From assembly GCA_013152815.1 (NCBI GenBank), contig JAADFO010000011.1, positions 1-43,327 of the forward strand: a stretch of DNA of 43,327 nt, written 5' to 3'. This document shows, piece by piece, positions 8,247-17,188 of this stretch (positions are counted from its first letter, which is position 1; each line of letters opens with the position of its first letter). Made by a program: the position numbers and the translations under genes. The stretch is from Nanobdellati archaeon. Lineage in GTDB: Archaea > Nanobdellota > Nanobdellia > Woesearchaeales > JAADFO01. Under the pieces are notes generated by a model that saw only the letters and a program-made list of their open reading frames with translations, made no database searches and was not told the DNA's origin.

Positions 8247-9740
8247 ATGGGAATCCCTTTCAACTTTCCAGACGTCGGCGAAGGCATCGTAGAGGGCAAG
8301 CTCGTCAAGTGGCACGTCAAGGAAGGAGAGCTTGTCAGGAAGGATTCCACCCTGGCAGAGGTCGAGACCGACAAGGCCATCGTCGAGATACCCTCTCCCA
8401 GAGACGGGACCATCGAAAAGCTTCCCTATCAGGAAGGTGACACCCTGACCGTGGGCAAGCCCCTGCTCGTCTTCACCGGCAAAGGAGATGACCAGGAAAC
8501 AGCACAAACAGCAGTGTCAGGGACAGGAGAGCGTGCGCTCCCTGACAGCCCCGCTGTCTCCTCTGAGAAGGAAAAGCAGCCGGAAAAGTCTCAGCCTCCG
8601 CAGCACACAGGAAACCCGCAGCCGACAACAAGAGAAACATCGGATGATGTCATCGCACTCCCCTCTGTACGGAAGTTTGCAGCCCAGCATGGCATCGATC
8701 TCACCAAGGTCAGAGGGACCGGCAGGGAAAACAGGATAACGTTGGAGGACGTGCAGCAACAGGCAGGTTCGGCGACACCGTCGGTACCCAAGGTCCCGCG
8801 GCAGTTCATCGGACGCAAGGATCCCCCGGAGAAACGGACAATCCTTGCGACTCCGTCGCTGCGCAGATATGCCCGGGAACAGGGCATCGGCCTTGAGACC
8901 GTCAAGGGTTCAGGCCTTCTGGGAAGGGTCACCAAGGAAGACATCGACCATGCCAACGGACGTGGAGGCATTGAAGGCAAGCCTAGCACGTCCCTGAAGC
9001 TCGCCCGAGCAGTTGTCGCATCACCAAAGGTGACGGGCCCGGCAGAGGTCATCCCGTTGACGGCCATCCGCAGGGCCATCGCGAAGAAGATGACCGAATC
9101 GCTGGAGAAGGCTGCCCAGGTCACCCACAGCGACGAGGCAGATGTCACCGGTCTCGTGAAGGTCAGAGAGCATGAGAAAGCCAAGCTTGCAAAGCAGGGG
9201 ATCCATCTTACCTACCTCCCTTTCTTCGTCAAGGCAGCGGTCTCGGCATTGCAGAAACACCCGCTCCTCAACGCCACGCTGGATGAGGGACAGCAGGCCA
9301 TCATCCTCAAGAAGTATTACCATGTCGGGATAGCGGTGGACACGCCGGAAGGACTCCTCGTCCCGGTGGTGAAGGATGCTGACCGGAAGAGCATCGATGA
9401 TCTTGCCCGGGAGATCGGCGACCTTGCGGCCAGGGCACGGGCGAAGAAACTGACGCCTGCAGAGATGCACGACAGCACGTTCTCCATATCATCCGTCGGA
9501 CGTTTCGGAGGGCAGGTCTTCACCCCCATCCTGAACTATCCCGAAGCGGCCCTGCTCGGCATCGGACGCATCCTCGAGAAACCCGGCATCGTCGACGGCA
9601 AGATCGTGCCTCGCAAGATGGTCACCCTGTCGCTCACCTACGACCATCGCATCCTCGACGGAGCAGAGGCCGCGAGATTCATCTCCACGCTCATCCAGTA
9701 CCTGGAGGATCCTGACCTCTTCATGGTCGAGATGCCCTGA
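8247..9740 (+). CDS. pdhC: Dihydrolipoamide acyltransferase E2 (one lipoyl domain, two peripheral-subunit-binding domains)
   Basis: PDVGEG...ETDKA lipoyl domain, two PSxRxxA...GxGxxxRxTxED repeats, catalytic DHRILDG. Confidence 0.95.
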   Translation: MGIPFNFPDVGEGIVEGKLVKWHVKEGELVRKDSTLAEVETDKAIVEIPSPRDGTIEKLPYQEGDTLTVGKPLLVFTGKGDDQETAQTAVSGTGERALPDSPAVSSEKEKQPEKSQPPQHTGNPQPTTRETSDDVIALPSVRKFAAQHGIDLTKVRGTGRENRITLEDVQQQAGSATPSVPKVPRQFIGRKDPPEKRTILATPSLRRYAREQGIGLETVKGSGLLGRVTKEDIDHANGRGGIEGKPSTSLKLARAVVASPKVTGPAEVIPLTAIRRAIAKKMTESLEKAAQVTHSDEADVTGLVKVREHEKAKLAKQGIHLTYLPFFVKAAVSALQKHPLLNATLDEGQQAIILKKYYHVGIAVDTPEGLLVPVVKDADRKSIDDLAREIGDLAARARAKKLTPAEMHDSTFSISSVGRFGGQVFTPILNYPEAALLGIGRILEKPGIVDGKIVPRKMVTLSLTYDHRILDGAEAARFISTLIQYLEDPDLFMVEMP

Positions 9741-9845
9741 TCGCGGAAAGAGAAAGATGATGAAGGATACGGGAAGCATGATGAAAAAAAGAAGGGAAGA
9801 GAGAACAGAAAGCAGGAAAAGGATGGATCGACAGGTGGACCGGAG

Positions 9846-11279
9846 ATGGTAGTAGGATCGTTGCAGGTGGAGACCGACGTCCTGGTCATAGGAGCAGGAC
9901 CAGGAGGGTATGTCGCCGCCATCCGCGCCGCACAGCTGGGAAAGACCGTCACCCTCGTAGACAGGGAAAAGGCGCTCGGCGGCATCTGTCTCCAGAAGGG
10001 ATGCATCCCCACCAAGGCGCTGGTCCATGCCTCTGACTATTTCCATACGCTCCAGGAACTGGATGCCATGGGAATCCTGGTCAAGGAGTACCACGTGGAT
10101 ATCGGCAAGATGATGGCCTGGAAAGACGGCATCCTCGAGCGGCTCGACAAGGGCATACATCTGCTCTGCGAAAAGAACGGCATCGACATCATCGTCGGCA
10201 CGGCCACCTTCATCTCATCGAACGAAGTGCACATCGGAGGCAAGAGCGACATCAACTCCATCATCTTCAGGCAGGCCATCATCGCGACAGGCTCCTCACC
10301 CGTCGAGATCCCGAACTTCCCATTCTCCCATGAGAAGATACTCTCTTCGTCAGAAGCTTTGTCGCTCGCCAAGCTCCCGGAGACCCTCATCATCATCGGA
10401 GGCGGCTACATCGGGACAGAGATGGGGACGGTCTACGGCAAGCTCGGAAGCACCGTCCACATCATCGAGAAGGGGGACCGGCTGATACCGAGCATCGAAG
10501 AGGAGCTGGTCAGGGTGGTCGAGCAGCGGCTCAAGAACTTCAACATCCATCCTCACTACAGGTCGACGGCAGTCGCCTTCTCTGAGAAAGAAGGAAGCAT
10601 GACGGTCACCTATGAAGAACAGGGAGTGAAGAAGGCCCTCACCGGAGACTGTGTCCTCGTGGTGGTCGGCAGGAGACCCAACAGCCAGGGCCTGGGACTC
10701 GACCACACCCAGGTCAAGCTCGACAACAGGGGGTTCATCATCACCGACGAACAGATGCAGACCTCAGACCCGGCCATCTATGCGGTCGGCGACGTGGTCG
10801 GCCAGCCCATGCTCGCCCACAAGGCATCCCGCCAGGGCAAGGTGGCAGCAGAGGCCATCTGCGGACTTCCCGCAGCGTTCGACAACAAGGTCATCCCCTT
10901 TGTGGTGTTCAACGACCCGGAGATCTGCTCGGTGGGACTCACCGCCGGACAGGCAAAGGAACAGGGATATGATGTCCTGGTGGGAAGGTTTCCCTTCAGA
11001 GCCCTGGGCAGGACGATGACGCTCAACAAGAAGGACGGATTCATCAGCTGGGTCGCTGAGAAGGGAAGCAAACTCGTCCTGGGCATGCATGCGGTCGGGC
11101 CGTCAGCCTCAGAGCTCGTCGGCGAGGCGGCGCTTGCCATCGAGATGGGAGCGACGGTGGAAGACATCGCTCTCACCATCCATGCCCATCCTACCATGGG
11201 CGAGTCGCTCATGGAGGCGGCAGAAGCGACCATGGGCCAGGCCATCCACATTTTCCAGCCCGGGACAAAAGAAAGGTAG
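9846..11279 (+). CDS. lpdA: Dihydrolipoamide dehydrogenase E3
   Basis: GAGPGGYVAAIRAAQLG, GGICLQKGCIPTK, MLAHKA, HAHPTMGE; last gene of the operon. Confidence 0.96.
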   Translation: MVVGSLQVETDVLVIGAGPGGYVAAIRAAQLGKTVTLVDREKALGGICLQKGCIPTKALVHASDYFHTLQELDAMGILVKEYHVDIGKMMAWKDGILERLDKGIHLLCEKNGIDIIVGTATFISSNEVHIGGKSDINSIIFRQAIIATGSSPVEIPNFPFSHEKILSSSEALSLAKLPETLIIIGGGYIGTEMGTVYGKLGSTVHIIEKGDRLIPSIEEELVRVVEQRLKNFNIHPHYRSTAVAFSEKEGSMTVTYEEQGVKKALTGDCVLVVVGRRPNSQGLGLDHTQVKLDNRGFIITDEQMQTSDPAIYAVGDVVGQPMLAHKASRQGKVAAEAICGLPAAFDNKVIPFVVFNDPEICSVGLTAGQAKEQGYDVLVGRFPFRALGRTMTLNKKDGFISWVAEKGSKLVLGMHAVGPSASELVGEAALAIEMGATVEDIALTIHAHPTMGESLMEAAEATMGQAIHIFQPGTKER

Positions 11280-11373
11280 GGTCTGAAAGAAGCGAGAAAG
11301 AAAGGAAGATAATACGGACGAACACAGAGAGAAAGAAAGGGCAAAGAACAAGGAAAGAAGAACCCGCTCACCC

Positions 11374-11973
11374 TTATCTCTTCGTTTTTCTGGAAGCCTG
11401 CTTCGAACCAGGATGCCTACCTGAGGATTGATGCCTGTAGGAATCCCGTTCCCGCATCTTGCTGCAGCCCTTGCATCCGCCCTCGACGATCTTGCAGCTG
11501 TCATAGCGCATCTCATCCATCAGGCCGATGGTGAAGATGAACTCCTTGGTGGCGCTCACAACCACATTGACGGTGATGTCTGACACCGAAGGGTCGTTAC
11601 GGAGATGCTGGTTGATGATGTCCTCGATCTTCCTGATGTTGTCATGGACAAAGAAGGCAGAGGCGTTGTTCTTGCCGGAGATGATGAAGCCGTTCACGAA
11701 GAAGGTGCATCGCTTAAGCTCTTCCATGGTCGCGGAGGCATCGGCAGCGGTGAAGTCCACCCGTATCATGATGAGGTTGGAGGTGTTGAGATTGATGCCC
11801 GCCCGATGGTTGAGTATCCCCCGCTTCTTGAGCTTCTGGATGCGGACATTCACGCTGGGCTGGGAGAGCTTCAGACGTTCGGCGATCTCGTTCTGGCTGA
11901 TCTCCGGCGTTTCCATGAACCAGGAGAGGATCTGCACGTCCTTATCGTCCAGGCCAAGGGTGGCTTTGAGCAT
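11374..11973 (-). CDS. Lrp/AsnC-family transcriptional regulator
   Basis: LDDKDVQIL...SQNEIAERLKLSQPSVNVRIQKL HTH followed by a RAM-like domain and a Cys-containing tail. Confidence 0.85.
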   Translation of the reverse strand: MLKATLGLDDKDVQILSWFMETPEISQNEIAERLKLSQPSVNVRIQKLKKRGILNHRAGINLNTSNLIMIRVDFTAADASATMEELKRCTFFVNGFIISGKNNASAFFVHDNIRKIEDIINQHLRNDPSVSDITVNVVVSATKEFIFTIGLMDEMRYDSCKIVEGGCKGCSKMRERDSYRHQSSGRHPGSKQASRKTKR

Positions 11974-12122
11974 TCCTCTCCGGACCGGATGATGCTTTAT
12001 AAATATTTCTATCTTTAATAGTCGTCCTGTCTTTGAAGGCAACGGGCGCCACGAGGATGATGAAAAGGGAAGAACAAGGTATCGGCGAAATGTTTATTAA
12101 CGGCCATGGCGACAGGCAGGTC

Positions 12123-12965
12123 ATGGCACGATTCTCAAAGCTGCTCTTCGGTACTGCAGGGCTTCCTCTTTCCACACCAAGACGCAACACCGAGAACGGG
12201 ATACGGCATCTCACCGAGCTTGGCCTCGACGGCATGGAACTGGAGTTCGTCCATAGCGTGAACATCCGGCCAGAGAAGGCACCCCTTATCGATGCGGTGC
12301 GGAAGGAAGAAGGGAAGACACTCACCTGCCATGGACAGTATTACATCAACCTCAATTCTCTCGAACCGGCCAAGGTCGAGGCGAGCAAGCAGCGCATCCT
12401 GAACGCAGCACGGATAGCCCATCTTGCAGGGGCTTTCTCCCTGGTCTTCCATGCTGCATTCTATCAGAAGGTCGAGCCGAAAAAGGTCTATGCCAACGTG
12501 AAAGCCGGCCTCAAGGATATCGTGGCGACGCTTCAGGAGGAAGGCAACCCCATCTGGGTACGGCCGGAGACCACAGGGAAACCGACCCAGTTCTCTGGGG
12601 CAGAGGACCTGCTCAGGCTCTCCCAGGAGATCGAGCAGGTGATGCCCTGCATCGACTTCGCCCATCTGCATGCACGCACCAACGGCAAGGTCAACACCTA
12701 CGAGGAATTCAGCCGGGTCCTGACCCAGGTCGAGGAAGCATTGGGGCGGGAAGGCCTTGACCAGATGCACATCCATGTCTCAGGGATAAACTACGGCGAG
12801 AAGGGAGAGAAGAACCATCTCATCCTCGAAGAGAGCGATTTTCGCTACAGGGAACTGCTCAGGGCGCTCAGGGACTTCAAAGCAAAAGGCATGGTCATCT
12901 GCGAGAGCCCGAACATCGAGGAGGATGCACTGCTCCTCCAGAAGACCTATCAACAGCTAGGATAG
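12123..12965 (+). CDS. nfo: Endonuclease IV (AP endonuclease 2, TIM barrel)
   Basis: FGTAG, ELEFV, HGQYYINLNS, ETTGK, DFAHLHAR, HIHVSG, GEKNH, ICESP. Confidence 0.9.
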   Translation: MARFSKLLFGTAGLPLSTPRRNTENGIRHLTELGLDGMELEFVHSVNIRPEKAPLIDAVRKEEGKTLTCHGQYYINLNSLEPAKVEASKQRILNAARIAHLAGAFSLVFHAAFYQKVEPKKVYANVKAGLKDIVATLQEEGNPIWVRPETTGKPTQFSGAEDLLRLSQEIEQVMPCIDFAHLHARTNGKVNTYEEFSRVLTQVEEALGREGLDQMHIHVSGINYGEKGEKNHLILEESDFRYRELLRALRDFKAKGMVICESPNIEEDALLLQKTYQQLG

Positions 12966-13124
12966 CATAAACAGCAAGAGAGCAGAGCGACCGAAAGAAG
13001 AAAAGAGAAAGCAGATCCCGGTGGGATGCCGGCCCTACTTTCTACAGAGCCATCCCAAACAGAATATTTTTATGCTGTTCCTGCTTCGCTTGTCTCTATG
13101 ACACGCAAGCCAGACCAGAAGAAC

Positions 13125-13679
13125 ATGAAGATGAAGAGGATAGTCCTCCTGCTCTTCGTATTCTCCTTTGCCGTGATGCTGGCCCTGACCTTCACCGGAT
13201 GTGCGAAAGAACAGGCGACGATGCCGGAACGTCCATCGACGGTGTCCTTCAACGCGAGCAGGCTCTTCATCCTCAACAACACCTATAAGGTCGACCAGAT
13301 ACATGTCCGGAATGTCGACCAGCAGCTCAGGATAACTCCCTATGCGATGTGGGAGATCGACAACAGGACAGGACGCTACCGCAACGCCTCCACCTATGAT
13401 GTCTTCGAAGCCGATGTGGTCGTCCAGACAAAGAAGACCTGGAACATGACCCTACGGGGCCAGACCATCGACAGCATATTCCGGAGACGGTTCCTGAACA
13501 TGACCGAAGACCATGATATCGTCCAAGAGGACTGCCGGTTCTGGGACGAGTACGACCCCCGCTATCCTGTGGTCCATGGCCGATGCAGAGACCGGCAACA
13601 GCTCATCTTCATCTCGGTGGGCGGCGAGATCGACAACAGGGAGATGATGAGAAGGATCCTCTCGCTCATGACTTCTTGA
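13125..13679 (+). CDS. Putative lipoprotein of unknown function
   Basis: Basic N-terminus, hydrophobic stretch and lipobox-like LTFTGC; start uncertain (13098/13125/13131). Confidence 0.65.
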   Translation: MKMKRIVLLLFVFSFAVMLALTFTGCAKEQATMPERPSTVSFNASRLFILNNTYKVDQIHVRNVDQQLRITPYAMWEIDNRTGRYRNASTYDVFEADVVVQTKKTWNMTLRGQTIDSIFRRRFLNMTEDHDIVQEDCRFWDEYDPRYPVVHGRCRDRQQLIFISVGGEIDNREMMRRILSLMTS

Positions 13680-14613
13680 ATGACTTGAACGACTTCTTGA
13701 GAAGGGTCAGCATGATGGCGTTCTGGGCCCAAAGCCTGTTCTCTGCCTGGTCGAAGACGACGGATTGCGGCCCGTCGATGACCTCTGCGGTCTGTTCTGC
13801 TCCCCGTTCTGCAGGGAGGCAGTTCATGAAGACGGCGTCAGGCTTCGCATGTCTCATGAGCTCTGCATTCACCTGATAGGGCATGAACAGCTTCCTGCGG
13901 GCCTCTTTCTCTTCGGCAGGGATGTGATAGCTCATCCAGGAATCAGTATAGACCACGTCAGCATCTTCTGCCGCTTCTGCAGCGTCCTGGGTGATGGTGA
14001 TGGTGCTTCCGCTTGTCTGGGCATATGCCTTTGCCTGCGCGACGACATCCTCTGCAGGAGCAGAGGACCCGGCAGGACAGCCTATGGCAATGTGCATGCC
14101 GGTGAGTGCACAGCCGAGCAGCAGGGAATGGGTGACGTTGTTGTCGGCATCGCCCAGGTAGGCCAGCTTCAGCCCCTTGAGAGACCCCTTCTTCTCGGAG
14201 ATGGTCAGGAGGTCAGAGAGTATCTGGCAGGGATGGTGGCGGTCGGTGAGAGCATTGATGACCGGGACGCCGGCATATGCTGCAAGTCCGTCGATGTCCT
14301 CCTGCCGATAGGTGCGTGCCATGATGAGGTTGACATACCTCCCTGCACATTTGGCCGTATCGTGGATGTTCTCCTTCTTCCCGAGCGGAGAGTCCTTGAT
14401 GCTGTAGAAGATCGCGTGGCCGCCCATCCGGGTCATGCCGGTCTCGAAGGACACCCGTGTCCGCAGGCTTGGCTTCTCGAAGAGCATGAGCAGGGTCTTC
14501 CCTGCCAGGGCTTCGTCGTAGGAGGCAGGATCTGCCTTGATGCCCTTCGCAAGGATGATTATGTCCCTAATCTCGTCGGGACTGACGTCGTTGAGGCTTC
14601 TTAGATGTTCCAT
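13666..14613 (-). CDS. argF: Ornithine carbamoyltransferase
   Basis: KPSLRTRVSFE, HPCQ, GDADNNV, YTDSWMSYH, MNCLP, QAENRL. Confidence 0.93.
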   Translation of the reverse strand: MEHLRSLNDVSPDEIRDIIILAKGIKADPASYDEALAGKTLLMLFEKPSLRTRVSFETGMTRMGGHAIFYSIKDSPLGKKENIHDTAKCAGRYVNLIMARTYRQEDIDGLAAYAGVPVINALTDRHHPCQILSDLLTISEKKGSLKGLKLAYLGDADNNVTHSLLLGCALTGMHIAIGCPAGSSAPAEDVVAQAKAYAQTSGSTITITQDAAEAAEDADVVYTDSWMSYHIPAEEKEARRKLFMPYQVNAELMRHAKPDAVFMNCLPAERGAEQTAEVIDGPQSVVFDQAENRLWAQNAIMLTLLKKSFKSFKKS

Positions 14614-14863
14614 TCTTCTTCAACCGTTCCTTGATCTTCTGTAGCTTGGTCTTGTTCTCAGGCTGCGGCACACCGAGATGATGGGCGATGGCCTCGATAT
14701 TGGTGTTGATCCTCTTGAGGAGCCCCACGACACTGAGAGACTCTTTCCAGCGTATGATGACCAGGATGAGGTAGAGGCCGAAAAGACCGCCCATGAAGAA
14801 TTCAAGATAGCCCAGGAGCGATCTTGCGCCAGCACCAAGCTCCTGGATGAACGCGATGGCCAT
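14567..14863 (-). CDS. Small single-TM membrane protein
   Basis: One hydrophobic helix and a basic tail; TATA-like box upstream; overlaps the argF start. Confidence 0.65.
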   Translation of the reverse strand: MAIAFIQELGAGARSLLGYLEFFMGGLFGLYLILVIIRWKESLSVVGLLKRINTNIEAIAHHLGVPQPENKTKLQKIKERLKKNGTSKKPQRRQSRRD

Positions 14864-15055
14864 GGTGCCTGAGATAGCATCACTGTATTTAAAGCTTGCT
14901 TTTCATATTTTCATAGCATCTCATCATAGCATCTACATCTGCTCAGATGTGTTCTCATATGATAGCGTCATAGGAAGAACAGTACTGAAGAGAATATATC
15001 GTTTCAGGAGCAAGAACCACAGGACAGGAAGCATCCAACAGACAAAGAGGACCGA

Positions 15056-15247
15056 TCACTGATCATCAGCGTGCGCATCTTTGTGGTCGTCTTTCTCTGC
15101 AGAAGAATCCTTCGCGGGTTCCTCATCATAGCCCTTCATGAACGCTTCTTCCTCTGGAGAAAGTTCGTCGTTCTCGACCAGATCCTCTCGGGTCTCTTTC
15201 TTATAGACGTTTTCTTCTCCTTCTTCAGCGGGAAAGTCCTCAGTCAT
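15056..15247 (-). CDS. Small acidic hypothetical protein
   Basis: 63 aa with VY...REDLVENDELSPEEEAFMKGY; TTTAAAAA box upstream. Confidence 0.7.
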   Translation of the reverse strand: MTEDFPAEEGEENVYKKETREDLVENDELSPEEEAFMKGYDEEPAKDSSAEKDDHKDAHADDQ

Positions 15248-15383
15248 GATAGCGGGGTTATAATATCCCTTTTTTAAAGGTTTCTATTCACGCCCATCAA
15301 GGGTTATTCAACCGCATGATAAGAGATAAGAGAGGATAAGAGGAAAGGCACGCAGAGAAAGGCCTGAAAAGAGGAAAGGTCGC

Positions 15384-15698
15384 TCAATCATAGTCCCGCC
15401 AGGTATGCCTGCAGGCGGTGCATTTGAGGAATTTTGTCTCCGGCTCGTCAGCAGCCCTCGTCTGGACCGTCCAGAACCATGCCTTATCATTGCCGCAGGT
15501 AGGACATTTGGCACCGATGATGGGATTGGTCTCGAAATCTTCATGCACGACTTCGATGTCCTTCTTCTTGGCAAGGGTCTCTTTGATGTTGGCAGAAGAG
15601 AGGTCAGTGGTCTTGTAGCCGCAGGAACAGGCCAGGATCTTCTTGCTCCCGTCTTTCTTGGGGACCAATATCGCTCCACATTTCGGACAGAACATCAT
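15384..15698 (-). CDS. tfs: Transcription factor S (TFIIS/RpoM-like)
   Basis: Two Zn ribbons, FCPKCG and CPTC...QTRAADEPETKFLKC with the catalytic DE. Confidence 0.96.
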   Translation of the reverse strand: MMFCPKCGAILVPKKDGSKKILACSCGYKTTDLSSANIKETLAKKKDIEVVHEDFETNPIIGAKCPTCGNDKAWFWTVQTRAADEPETKFLKCTACRHTWRDYD

Positions 15699-15835
15699 TT
15701 TGATACCTCAATCATGCTGCAACCATGTCTCAATCTGCTGCGTTATAGAGGTTCATTTAAAAATGTTTCCCATAGGAGCCATACGGACTGCAGCACAGCA
15801 GCAAAAGAGGGGGGCCAAGGGATGCTGGAGGATAA

Positions 15836-16795
15836 TCATCTTTTCAAAGAGAGCTCGCCCCTATAGAACTTTGCCGCGTCTTCTGGGTTCACTGAATTGA
15901 TGATGATGCCGCTGCCGAACTCGAATCCTGCCCATTTCGCCATCCGCGGGATGACCTCGATATGGAACTGCAGGCCGTCCTCGGTGCGGGCATTGAAGAA
16001 CGTGAAGTTATAGGAGACCTGGAGCTGTTTCAGTCTGGAAAGCACCTGATGGAGCATGGCGGCGAGCGACGCCTCCTGAGAAGAGTCCATGATGGCCAGT
16101 GAAGGGCAATACCATTTGGGCAGGATGAGCAGCTCATAGTTGAAACGGGAGGCATAGGGGCAGATGGCCAGGAAATGGTCATTCTCGAAGCATCGTCGGT
16201 CAGAATCTTTCTCACGCTCCATCACGTCGAGATAGCGGGAGCCTCCTTCAAGGAGACTTGCCTTGATCTTCTGCTCTATCAACGGGGGCATCAGATGCAT
16301 CGAGGCCAGCTGGCTATGGCTGTGGACAAGAGAGGTGCCTGCCTCAGGACCGTGGTTCTTGAAGAGGTTGACATAACGTATGCGGCTGTCTTCATAGGCA
16401 CGCCCGATGCGTCTCCTGTAGACCTGCAGCACAGCGAGGAGTTCCTCTTCGGTGAGGTCCCATAGCTGCCGGTCGATGTCCGGGCTGTCGACGATGATCT
16501 CATGGTCGCCATAGGCGCCGGTGAAGGTGTAATAGTCATTGTGGGTCACAAATTCCGAATCGGCATCCTTCGTGACCGCAGGGAACTTGTTGTTGAACAC
16601 CCTGATCTTCCATGCTGACCCGTTTTCAGGGAAACGATAGAGTTCAGGAGGAGTAAGGTGCTCGTTGCCGGGTGCGAAGTAGTCGACCTGCGCAGGATGC
16701 TCCTGAACAGCGTGGGTGAATTCCCGTGGCCGTAAGCTTCTCCCCTCGGAGATGATGACCCAACGATCCAGAAGATAGTCTTTACGCAACTCCAT
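15836..16795 (-). CDS. galT: Galactose-1-phosphate uridylyltransferase-like HIT-family protein
   Basis: MELRKD...WVIIS..RSLRP, NKFPA, GDHEIIV, FKNHGPEAGTSLVHSHSQ, AGFEFGSG. Confidence 0.88.
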   Translation of the reverse strand: MELRKDYLLDRWVIISEGRSLRPREFTHAVQEHPAQVDYFAPGNEHLTPPELYRFPENGSAWKIRVFNNKFPAVTKDADSEFVTHNDYYTFTGAYGDHEIIVDSPDIDRQLWDLTEEELLAVLQVYRRRIGRAYEDSRIRYVNLFKNHGPEAGTSLVHSHSQLASMHLMPPLIEQKIKASLLEGGSRYLDVMEREKDSDRRCFENDHFLAICPYASRFNYELLILPKWYCPSLAIMDSSQEASLAAMLHQVLSRLKQLQVSYNFTFFNARTEDGLQFHIEVIPRMAKWAGFEFGSGIIINSVNPEDAAKFYRGELSLKR

Positions 16796-16835
16796 GATGC
16801 AGCCCCATGATGATCTCAGGAGAACAGGCGGGAAG

Positions 16836-16984
16836 GTATAAATAGTTTCGTTACGACTCCCCGATAGGCCGGAATATAAGTATTTTTATTAATATATTAT
16901 CTGATATAAAAGATAATAAATAAAATAGCAATTAAGATAATAGAAAAATATTTATATAAGTAAGTTTAAAAGTAAGTATAACAA
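16836..16984. promoter_or_regulatory. Very AT-rich divergent promoter region with tandem AAGTAAGT repeats
   Basis: TTTATATA at 16951-16958; AAGTAAGT at 16958-16965 and 16970-16977. Confidence 0.55.
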
Positions 16985-17188
16985 ATGGAATTCAGAAGAA
17001 AGCTCTACCAGAGGGGATCAAGCTATGAGACCACCATCCCGAAGCCCATCCTCTTCGCCATCGATCCTTCCAGAAAGCATGAAGTCATCTTCAGCTATGA
17101 CAAGAAGCTCCGACGATGGATCGTCAGCATCGAAGAACAGCCGGTCCAGAAGGACAAAAGAGACGCGAGGAGAAGGAAGCATGGATGA
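16985..17188 (+). CDS. Small AbrB/SpoVT-like (swapped-hairpin) DNA-binding protein
   Basis: RKLYQRGSSYETTIPKPIL matches the AbrB-type N-terminal pattern. Confidence 0.7.
   Translation: MEFRRKLYQRGSSYETTIPKPILFAIDPSRKHEVIFSYDKKLRRWIVSIEEQPVQKDKRDARRRKHG

Noticed and set aside
16836..16984. Replication origin
   Set aside because: AT-rich, but no ORB-like G-string repeats and no cdc6/orc1 in the window; a divergent promoter is sufficient explanation
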